The translations under genes and the position numbers were made by a program. Shown here in pieces: positions 39,709 to 50,455 of a DNA stretch of 64,000 nt (its first letter is position 1; every line of letters starts with the position of its first letter). The notes beneath the pieces are model-generated. The model saw nothing but the letters and a program-made list of their open reading frames with translations. It was not told where the DNA came from and did not search any database. This DNA comes from Octopus sinensis (Eukaryota): the NCBI RefSeq assembly GCF_006345805.1, contig NC_043011.1, positions 54,386,464 to 54,450,463 of the forward strand. Direction: 5' to 3'.

Positions 39709-40374
39709 TTTTAAATATGTCATATATTTGTATTATATATAATAGATAATTAAATTGTATGTTATGCTCTTTATTGTGTTTTGTTATGCAGATGATCTGT
39801 GGAAAGACTGTCGCATGAAACCAGTTCATGGCGCAAAAAGATTTTGGACAGCTGACTTAGATGCTGTATAACAATATTTATATTGCATTTATGGCTGTCC
39901 CTATGTTCTACGTTCAGATTCCACTGAGGCCGGCTTTGCCCTTTGTCCTTCTGGGGGTTGATGAAATAAGTACCAGCTAAACACTGGGGTCGATGTAATC
40001 GACTTTACTTGTGGGTAAGAGTGTAAAAAGAAAAAAAAAACTAAACTGCATCTCCTCTGCTGAGCAATGTTGAACCAGTATGACAGAATAAGCTCATCAA
40101 ACTTGTATGATCTCAAACTTAAATCACAGCCTCCAGGCCAGACGATGGTCAGTGGAGAAAACATACTGAGGCATTTGTCCTGCAGTGGACTGAACAAAAA
40201 GCAAACCAATCAGGCCCAATCCTATGAGGAAACAAAATCTGCAGGACACACCTCTGCAGTTATGCCTTAGTACAGATGTGTATGTGTGTGTATTGTTACA
40301 GTAGAGATCAATGAGACAAACTGGTAAAATTGATAGTGAGTGAGATAACATATTTAATGGCACTTCTTGTTATT

Positions 40375-40533
40375 TATGTTTTGAGTTTGACTTTGCCTTT
40401 CATTCTTTCTGGGTCGGATAAAATGAAATATGTACCAGTTGAACACTGGAGTCAATGTAATTGACTTACTCTATCCTTTAATATTGTTTTCTACTCTAGG
40501 CACAAGGCCCGAAATTTTTGGAGAGGATGCTAG

Positions 40534-40570
<37 letters not shown>

Positions 40571-40790
40571 GAAGGCAACGAGCTGGCAGAAATGTTAGCA
40601 CGCCGGGCGAAATGCTTAGCAGTATTTCGTCTGCCTTTACATTTTGAGTTCAAATTCCACCGATGTTGATTTAGCCTTCCATCCTTTTCGAATCGACAAA
40701 TTAAATACCAGTTGCATACTGGGGTAGATCTAATCCACTGGCCCCCTCCCAAAAAATTTCGGACCTTGTGCCTAGAGTAGAAAAGATTAT
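40375..40790 (+). mobile_element. Two family-B SINE units
   Basis: Body at 40375-40520, then ggcaacgagctggcagaaatgttagc head at ~40574. Confidence 0.8.
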
Positions 40791-40939
40791 TTATCTATGG
40801 ATTTAGCCATGCATTTTGGAGGATAAGGTAATGAATATATAAGCTACAGGTAAGAAGTTTGCTTCTTAAACACCTGGTTTCAGGTTCAGTCTCACTGTGT
40901 TGGTTTGTTTACATCTCCATAACGTAGTCGTTTATTCTT

Positions 40940-41325
40940 TTATTTGTTTCAGTTATTTGACCACGGCCATGCTAGAGCACCACCTTGAAGGATTTTAGTT
41001 GAACAAATCTACCTCAGGATTGCTTTCTTAAGCCTAGTACTTATTCTATCGGTCTCTTTTATCGGACTGCTAGCTTATGGGGAAGTAAACACACCAACAC
41101 CAGTTGTCAAGCACTGATGGCGGAGGTGGAGGCAAATACACACAAACACACACATATATATATATACGACAGGCTTCTTACAGTTTCCATCAACCAAATC
41201 CACTCACAAGGCTTTGGTCGGCCCAAGGCTATAGTAGAAGTCAATTGCCTAAGGTGCCACGCAGTGGGACTGAACCCAGAACCATGTGGTTGGTAAGCAA
41301 GTTTCTTCCCATACAGCCACGCCTC
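40940..41325 (-). mobile_element. Family-A SINE
   Basis: Homologous tail and head. Confidence 0.85.
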
Positions 41326-41531
41326 GACAGCAAAAAAAAAAAAATGATAGAATAAGTTTCAGACATAATAAATGAGAAGAGGAGTCGATTTGTGTGACTA
41401 AAATCCTATAAAGCGGTGCCCCAGCATGGCCGTAGTCTTATGGCTGAAACAAGTAAAAAATAAACATTGGTGTGTATATGGTGCGCACACAGGCCTGGGA
41501 CAGAATAATTACAATCTCAAAAATAAAAAAT

Positions 41532-41585
41532 TTTTTTCAGGGGAAGTAACTTCCTCGTGCAGCAGAGTTACTTCCCCTGAAAAAA
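41532..41585. repeat. 20-bp-stem hairpin built from GGGAAGTAACT / AGTTACTTCCC
   Basis: 41532-41551 is the reverse complement of 41566-41585. Confidence 0.85.
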
Positions 41586-42266
41586 TTACTTTTCGAATTA
41601 CTTGAGGTTGATGGCTTTTTCCAATCTGCAAGACTTTTAAATACAAAGTAAACGTAAAATTTAGGAAGCACGCCTGTCTTATTACAGAATATAGAATGGC
41701 AACAGTCAAGCAGACGTATTCTGTTGGAACATTTAAACGTTACAGAGATACGGGTGATTCTGTAATTTGTTTCTTTTGAAACTGATCTTCGTTATTATTT
41801 TAAATTTAATATAATAATTAACATCACATATTTCTCGTCGCTGTCTTCACCCAACTGGAAGAGTTTACAAACATCATTCTCCAGTGATGTGGCAGAAAAT
41901 ATTCATATATAGACATAGTTGGGTAGGGAGCTATTTAGACAGCAAGGCAAGCTGTTTAGACGGTTAGTACATTGTAGGTACTTAACTAGGAAGCTGGCTA
42001 TGTTCATCCCTCCAATACTTTTGTATTAAACATTTCATAACTATATCACTTAGGTGCAGTGGTAGACAGGCACAGGCATAGCTGTGTGGTGGAGGAACTT
42101 AATTCCCAACCATAGGTGCTTGAGTTCAGTCCTGCAGCATGACACTTTGGGTAAGTGTATGGCAAATAACAAAACGTGAAAACTCAGACCATGCTGGAAC
42201 TTCATTGATTAATATGTTCTTCTATACACATCATACAAATTGAAATATACATACAAATAAACATAT

Positions 42267-42297
<31 letters not shown>

Positions 42298-42725
42298 TAT
42301 ATATATAATTATATATATATATAATATATATATATATATATTATATATAAATGTAGTGTGTGTGTGTGTATACATATATATACTACATACATATATATAT
42401 ACGTATATACATACATATATATATTATATATATATATACAACACACATACATATATATATATATACATATACATACACACACACACACATATAATATATA
42501 TTACACACACACCACATATATACAGACATATATATATATATAGACACACATATTCATATATAACAACATACTATATGTATATATATATATATATCTATAT
42601 ATATGCCACACATATATACACATACACACACACACACACCATAGCCATGCTTGAATCCCACAGCAAAGATGGTGTCTAAGCAAATACCTTTTAATTATTC
42701 ACTCCACACACTACAACACCCACCC

Positions 42726-42780
<55 letters not shown>

Positions 42781-42848
42781 TGTGCTGCAGCCTTGAAGCC
42801 ATCAATTAGTGACCAAGTCACACAGTATGACTTAATCATTCTAACACA

Positions 42849-42879
<31 letters not shown>

Positions 42880-43164
42880 CAGCACCACCCTCATCAATTA
42901 GGGGCCGAAATAGGCTGCTCACATTACAAAAGCACTAATTACATCACATGCAACAGCAACAACAACACACCATCCCCTCCCCTCCCCTGTCTCACTCGGT
43001 CGGATGTTATATATGCAAATAGAACTATGTAAATATCAGCAATTATAAACACTTAATTTCATCAACTATGATCTGGGATAGGGATAGGGAAACCCCGCCC
43101 ACGGGCGCAATTGCACCCGAAAGCCAATCATATTTCGCCCAGAGGCTGATATACTCATACTCTT

Positions 43165-43783
43165 TTACTTGTTTCAGTCATTTGACTGTGGCCATGCTGG
43201 AGCACCACCTTTAGTCGAGCAAATCGACCCCAGGACTTATTCTTTGTAAGCCTAGTACTTATTCTATCGGTCTCTTTTTGCTGAACTGCTAAGTTACGGG
43301 GACGTAAACACACCAGCATCAGTTGTCAAGCGATGTTGGGGGTGGGACAAACACAGACACACAAACACCACACACACATACACACATATACGTTTATACG
43401 ACGGGCTTCTTTTAGTTTCCGTCTACCAAATCTACTCACAAGGCTCTGGTCGACCCGAGGCTTTAGTAGAAGACACTTGCCCAAGGTGCCACGCAGTGGG
43501 ACTGAACCTGGAACCATGTGGTTGGTAAGCAAGCTACTTACCACACAGCCACTCCTGTGGTCGACCCGAGGCTTTAGTAGTAGACACTTGCCCAAGGTGC
43601 CATGCAGTGAGACTGAACCTGGAACCATGTGGTTGGTAAGCAAGCTACTTACCACACAGCCACTCCTGTGGTCGACCCGAGGCTTTAGTAGTAGACACTT
43701 GCCCAAGGTGCCATGCAGTGGGACTGAACCTGGAACCATGTGGTTGGTCAGCAAGCTACTTACCACACAGCCACTCCTGTGCC
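43165..43783 (-). mobile_element. Family-A SINE with triplicated 111-bp head
   Basis: Units start at 43448, 43559 and 43670; each contains the A box, B box and CORE-like segment. Confidence 0.9.
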
Positions 43784-44024
43784 GATACACAAAATATAGT
43801 AAATTTTTCAATTATAAAATTTATACAATATTCGTATGCCTGTTTGCAACATAGGCCGCGTTTCCACTAAGACTTAGGAAAAAACAGTTAGACTCAAACA
43901 GAAACTTGTCCGGTAATTGCCATTTGAATGGAAATTTTGTTTTCACTACAAAACACATATTGCTAGGTTTGCACCACCCCCTTAAGACCCAACTACACTC
44001 TTTACTCTATTTTACTCTCTTTTA

Positions 44025-44418
44025 CTTGTTTCAGTCATTTGACTGCGGCCATGCTGGAGCACAGCCTTCTAGTCGAGTAAATCGAACCCAGGACTTATTC
44101 TTTGTAAGCCTACTACTTATTCTATCAGTCTCTTTTGCTGAACCGCTAAGTTACGGAGGCATAAACACACCAGCATCGGTTGTCAAGCAATGGTGGGGGG
44201 ACAAACACAGACACACAAACATATACACACATATGTATATATATACATATATATGACGGGCTTCTTCCAGTTTCTGTCTACCAAATCCACTAACAAGACT
44301 TTGGTCGGCCCGAGACTATAGTAGAAGACACTTGCCCAAGGTGCCACACAGTGAGAATGAACCCAGAACCATGTGGTTGGTAAGCAAGCTACTTACCACA
44401 CAGCTACTCCTGTGCCTA
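44025..44418 (-). mobile_element. Family-A SINE
   Basis: Homologous tail and head. Confidence 0.9.
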
Positions 44419-44613
44419 GCTGAAAAATATAGCTGAAAAATATAGGATTTTACTCAAAGGATATTGGAATATTGCATATATACCATTATGCCTATAAAAC
44501 GGATTTACAACTTCAACACCCATACATATTTTGCATCTATTTTCTTTCCTCCACCTCACTCTCTATTTGTATCACATCGAAACTAACTATGACTTAACTT
44601 TCCTCACACACCA

Positions 44614-44663
44614 TCTCCGATGAAGGGATATTATTAATCAATATCCTTGAAACAGCTGTAAGA
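44614..44663 (+). ncRNA. Minimal type I hammerhead ribozyme motif (U4C core variant), likely in a Penelope-like pLTR relic
   Basis: UCU CCGAUGA AGGGAUAUU-auuaauc-AAUAUCCUU GAA ACAGCUGU A AGA. Stem II is 9 bp, stem III is the palindrome ACAGCUGU, the triplet is GUA and stem I is 3 bp. Confidence 0.75.
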
Positions 44664-46040
44664 CCTTCTATCTAAAAATGCTGTAATATCTATACAGCCT
44701 TGGTTTTTTTATCTCATTATGCAAAAAATTCTTGAATACCTCATAAGTAATATAAACATCCAAAATTCAGTGGCAGCGTTAATGAAGGTGTTATGCATTA
44801 ATTTAATGTGCTAAACTTATCTTTATTAATGTATATCGAATTATACATAGATATATACAAGGTTTACACAGATATAAGAGTTAGAACTTGTATCCGCCCT
44901 TGGACATTTTCTTTGTAAATTTTTGCCTGCCACACTAAAAAGTTTCCCTATCTTTGATCCAGGATATATGAGTTCAGTCCTCAACAATTCTCACTACACA
45001 CGCTTGTTCTTATTCTTGGATATTTACTAACATTTTCAATTAATGTACTAATTAAATGAGATTTCCTACACAATCACTGGCTCAAAGTTAACCTAAAATC
45101 ATTTTGAAAATATGTATAGGTATGCATGTGTGTGTGTGTGTGCACCAGGGGGAGGGGCTGTAAATAGCTTCAGGCATGGCTTTGTGGCTTTCAACCACAT
45201 GGTTTAAAGTTCAGTGCCACTACATGGCCCCTAGGGCAAGTGTCTTCTAGTCTAGTCCCATATCGACTAAATCCTTCTGAGTGGAGTTGGAAGACAGAAA
45301 CTGAGGGACGGACAGATGGGATGGTATGGGGTGGGATGGGATGTAGAGGGATGGGATGGATAGATTAGAAATCATAATAAACACAAGATTACAAATCATT
45401 TGTTCCAACATATGTTTCACCATTGTGGCTATTTGGAATTCTACTGAGGATATTCCAAGTGCAATTGGATGCAGAACCACAACAGACCATCAGGAGAACA
45501 CTTTATTGAACTCAAATGCGGTGTTGCTAAACTGAGTGGTATGGGATGCTGGCTGCCCTCCCCATCCCAACAAAAAAATGTAGGGATGGAGCAGGGAGCT
45601 CTACATGCTCCTTAGAACTACCATATCCTTACTCTTAGTTCCTCCCATTCAGTTGCCCTTTACATCAAGCAGCAAAATACCTCCAATTATTCTGGTTTTG
45701 AGAAAATTTGCCTGCATCTTTGAAGGTGAAGCACATTGCCATTTTGCATCTCCCTCGCTTCCATTTCATCCCTTTCGCGGTACCCATTGTATACTTGTCT
45801 TGGGTGTTCACTTTTCTGGCAGTTCGGAAAACATGACCAGCATGTCACACTTTTTTGGGGGGGGTTTCCACACCACAATCTCCTGCAGGCTGCACAGACT
45901 GGTCCTCAGGACTTCAGAGCTATTACATACAGCCAGATTTATATCACAGGAGAAAAGGGAATACAGATGATCCTTAGCAGGGTCTCCATGACTGCTGGAG
46001 GAAGTTAGCTTCAGCCCAAAGACCTCGCCTGAGTTCTTAT

Positions 46041-46477
46041 AACAAAGTAGGCTGTTGTTAAGCAACAAGACAGGTAAGGGTGATTAGGTGATGGTCTAGG
46101 GCTTAGGGGCGGGAGACCCCAGACCTTGAAAAAAAAAAACTTTGGTCGTCTTGTTGTAGTTGAGGGATTTTTGTTGACGCCCGATACCATTGGAGGTGGG
46201 TCTCAATTTCGCTGGAAATGGAGATCTCCAGGTCCAAATTCTTGGATGGCTAACAAAGTAGGCTGTTGTTAAGCAACAAGATGGGTAAGGGTGATTAGGT
46301 GATGGTCTAGGGCTTAGGGGCGAGAGACCCCAGACCTTGAAAAAAAAAAAAAACTTTGGTTGTCTTGTAGTCGAGGGCTCTTCGTTGACGCCCGACACCA
46401 CTGGGAGGTGGCCCTCGAAGTCGCTGGAAATGGAGATCTCCAGTCCAAATTCTTGAACGGCTAACAAAGTAGGCTGT
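46041..46477. repeat. Tandem repeat, 211-bp unit, two copies plus the start of a third
   Basis: aacaaagtaggctgt starts at 46041, 46252 and 46463. Confidence 0.9.
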
Positions 46478-47093
46478 ACTAAACGCACCAAAGACCCACA
46501 TAATGACAGTGCCAAACGAAGCAATACATTACAGTCTACCAATGCAACAATTCATTATTCTATTCTTGTATTCCTCTTATAATATATAATATTGATATTC
46601 CTTGCTGTTCCTCAGCTCTGTTTGCTCAACTTACATAATGGTCATTTGTTACTAAATGTTTGTCTCGGACTTAATCTCTTCCTTTATCATGCAGACATCT
46701 TTTGATGTCATTTGCCTTTTTTAATGCTTTCTGTTTAGTTTTCTCATTGAAGTTGAAGTTTGTACTAAATTCGGTTGAGTAGTTCAATACCAGTTTCCTT
46801 TGATCACTGATCTTACATCTTTGTCTAGAATCTTTACAGTTCAATTTCCTAATCATTTCAAACGGACAATTTTTGAACAAAAAAAAAAATACAAACAATT
46901 TATAGACAAAACAAAACCACTCTTCATTGTTTTACCTTCAACAATGAATTATTTCTCTGTTATTAATTCAATGTCCAAAACAACAATTTCCGTTAATGGT
47001 AGATGTTTGAAAGGCAAAATATTTCTTTGCAAAGAACCTTTCCTTTTTGTTATGTTCACTCATTAACATCAGCAAATCCCACAGTGATCAGTC

Positions 47094-47137
<44 letters not shown>

Positions 47138-47263
47138 CACAATCAAGGAATGGCCATAATAGGCCATTCACCCACTAGAAATAACAGCCAAAGCTTCAAC
47201 CGCAAATAACATTAATTCCGCAACCAGGAGAAAATTAAAAAAATAAAAAACTTTTACCCTGTA

Positions 47264-47370
47264 ATTTCTTATACGATGCACCGTTTCATCTATTGTTTAA
47301 TGGTAAACTAACCTGATTAAATTAAATCAAGCCAATCTTCCATAGGCCCTTAGATTCGTCAGTAAGAAAT
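47264..47370 (-). ncRNA. Type I hammerhead ribozyme with complete catalytic core and 58-nt stem II insertion
   Basis: Minus strand: AUUUCUUA CUGACGA AUCUA [58 nt] UAGAU GAA ACGG-UGCA-UCGU A UAAGAAAU. Stem I is 8 bp, stem II 5 bp and stem III 4 bp; the triplet is GUA. Confidence 0.85.
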
Positions 47371-47405
47371 AGCCAGATCGAACAGATATCTGTTCCGATC
47401 TGGCT

Positions 47406-47509
47406 ATTTCTTACTGACAAATCTAAGGGCCTATGGAAGATTGGCTTGATTTAATTTAATCAAGTTAGTTTACCAAAACAATAGATGAAACGGTGCATAT
47501 ATAAGAAAT
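47406..47509 (+). ncRNA. Mutated mirror copy of the hammerhead (G8A; stem III 3' strand damaged)
   Basis: AUUUCUUA CUGACAA AUCUA ... UAGAU GAA ACGGUGCAUAU A UAAGAAAU. Confidence 0.8.
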
Positions 47510-47754
47510 TACAGGGTAAAAGTTTTTTTAATTTTCTCCTGGTTTGCGGAATTAATGTTATTTTGCGGTTGAAGCTTTGGCTGTTATTTCTAGTGGGTGA
47601 ATGGCCTATTATGGCCGTTCCTGATTGTGATGTTGAACTTATAAATGGTCTATGACTATTTAATTTTTTCCCACTAGGCCGCTGGTGGCAAAAAAATTCT
47701 ACAAAATTTTTTGCCACCCTTATTGATTAATTATATATATATATATATATATAG

Positions 47755-47786
<32 letters not shown>

Positions 47787-47945
47787 TGTATATATATGTA
47801 TGTATGTATGTATGTATATATATATATAGGTATGTATATATGTATATATATATTATATATATAGGTATATATATATATATATATATATGATTGATTGATT
47901 GATTCCAGTTTCAGCTCATGATCTGTGGCCATGCTGGGGCACCGC

Positions 47946-47990
<45 letters not shown>

Positions 47991-48010
47991 TAATATAGAT
48001 ATGTATATAT

Positions 48011-48042
<32 letters not shown>

Positions 48043-48144
48043 TATGTATATATTTTATATATAATATTTTTATATATATTTTATATTATATTATATATTA
48101 TATATATTATAGATATGTATATATATATATATATAGAGAGAGAG

Positions 48145-48191
<47 letters not shown>

Positions 48192-48217
48192 TATATATAT
48201 ATATATATAATATATAT

Positions 48218-48249
<32 letters not shown>

Positions 48250-48562
48250 GATATTATTAATTGTATATGTGTTTGGTTTGCAAGATTCTTGATGTGAATT
48301 CGTGTGTTGAAAGAAATACTATTGAACGTTGGAAGGGGCATCATGCCAATAATGATAAACACACGCACTGTGCATGTGGTTATTATTACTGGTATGATGC
48401 TCCCCCAATAGTGCGAGTCCTTTTTTATATTGATGAATATAAACCTCAACAAGGTTGTCTCCCTTACATCTTAATAGTTCGATTTAGGACCTGCACCCAT
48501 GTGACCTGTCTGGACCAATAAGAATTGATTTTAATAACAGCGAATAAGGAGTAGCTTTACTA

Positions 48563-48660
48563 GTGAGTTGTAATGTGAAAGTGACACTGATGCTACTCTC
48601 AGATCACAACATGGTAGAGCTGACCATGTGTGGACCAAGGAAACCATGGACATTCAAGAA
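48563..48660 (+). mobile_element. Possible LINE APE-endonuclease fragment
   Basis: The translation VKVTLMLLSDHNMVEL contains an SDHN motif like the C-terminus of LINE endonucleases; this is one short motif only. Confidence 0.3.
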
Positions 48661-50358
48661 AGATGGGAAAATAATCAGACATGGAGACATAAATGTGTGT
48701 AGATTGTTAAGTATTGAAGGACATCAACAACTATTTACATATAAATATGACAAATGTACACACATACACACACTACCTACAAATACACTGCAAGCACATA
48801 TACATACAACACACTCTCATACACTACACACTACACACATACACATACTATCAAAACACAGATTACAAACTGTAACGCTGAAACTTACGGTAAATTTGTC
48901 AGCTGCAGTGAAATCTTCATCCAGGAATACCCGAACCCTGTCAAAGTTCTGTAATTCATCGCAGCCTAATAAACTCCTACAAGTAGAAAAAGGGGAAAAA
49001 GTTAGCAAAACCTGAAGAGATAACAACACCCTCATCAACTTCCACTCACACAATTAAGAACCATCATCATCATTAACAGCATCATCATTGGTATTATCAT
49101 CAACATCATGAACATCACTATTTAACGTCTGTTTTCCATGCTGGCATGGGTTGGACGATTCGACTGTGCTTCAATGTCTGCTCAGCATGGTTTCTGTAGC
49201 AGGGTGTCCCCTCCTAACACCATCCGTTTTACAGAGTGTACTGGGTGCTTTTGATGTGGAACCAGCACTAAAGAGGTCACTGAGAAACTCACAAAACAAA
49301 ACTTTCCAAATGATGGTGGAGCAAGTCGTATTGAGGGCAGTGGCCTTATGCCAGGTGATGAGGGGCCAAAATATGATAAAGGGACAGGAATGGGTGTCTT
49401 GGTGTAGGGGAGAAACATGGCCATCCTAGTTGGACAGGAGAGAGGATGACATTGTGTCAGGACATAGCCCCAAGTGACAGGGAGTTGAATACAAGTGGTA
49501 CAGAGGATTGAACGGAGTGAGTGGGTAGGTAAATTTGCATAAGTGCATAAGGAGAGGAGCAGATGGATAGAGATGACACAGAGATAGAGGTAAGGTGAAT
49601 GCAGTGGATGGTGATCATGTGAAGGGGTGTGATCATCATCATCATTGTCATTTAATGTCCATTTGATTTCCTGGTATGGGTTGGACATGTAGGAAGTGAG
49701 GCTGGCACTTGATGGGTGCCTCACAATTCCTTAAATAGTTGAAGAAAGGAAAACAGCGAGAACAAGATTCTCTGAACAAATAACAATGATAATTTATTTC
49801 GCCGAAATAAGCATTTCATCTCTGGACATCGGTAGCCTGGATGCCGGACAGGGTGGAAGCAGCAGAGTAGGTTTAATCACAATCTTGAAGGCATTCTTCA
49901 CAGATAGGCCAAAGTCGTGGATTGCCTTCACATGGAGCTGGTCTGGTTGCGTCTAGCTCGGTAGGCAGCTAGAGCGAAGAGAGAAAATAGCGGTCAAGCC
50001 TAGCTGCTGCTGATGACTGCACATGTGCATAAGGGGCTTCCGGCAGGCCTTCCGGAAGACTAATCTCTGCGCATGCGTGGATGAAATTCCCAAAATGGCA
50101 TCTGGAACCAGGCGTCACTACAGACAGTTTAACAAGGAGCTGGCAAACCAGGGAGCTGCACCAGGCTCTAATTGTCTGTTTTGGTATGGTTTTCTATGGC
50201 TGGATGCCCTTCCTAATGCCAACCACTTTGCAGAGTGTACTGGGTGCTTTTGGTGAGGCATGAGTATAAGAGCTTTAAACATAGTGCTGGTATGGGTGCT
50301 TTTTATGTGGCACCGACAAGGGTACTTTGTATGTGGTGCCTACACAAGTGTTCTTTAC

Positions 50359-50455
50359 ATGGCACCAACACAGGTGTTTCTTTATATGGCACCAGCACAG
50401 GTGTTTCTTTATATGGCACCAGCACAGGTGTTTCTTTACATGGCACCAGCACGGG
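50359..50455. repeat. 27-bp minisatellite (ATGGCACCAGCACAGGTGTTTCTTTAT) about 3.5 copies within a family-C repeat
   Basis: Visible directly. Confidence 0.9.

Larger units (their letters stand above)
47136..47631. repeat. Spacer-less ~496-bp palindrome centred on GATATC (47385-47390)
   Basis: The arms (~250 bp) are reverse complements apart from a few substitutions and small indels. Confidence 0.95.

Noticed and set aside
43326-43854. Overlapping 161-aa and 173-aa ORFs with internal repeats
   Set aside because: They arise from the 111-bp triplicated SINE head and are not protein-coding.
48261-48521. 86-aa ORF with Cys/His residues
   Set aside because: I see no recognisable domain or splice support, and it starts at a microsatellite edge.
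50010-50035. CTGATGA followed by the TGCACATGTGCA palindrome
   Set aside because: No GAAA follows; the similar CTGATGA at 26884 also lacks stems.
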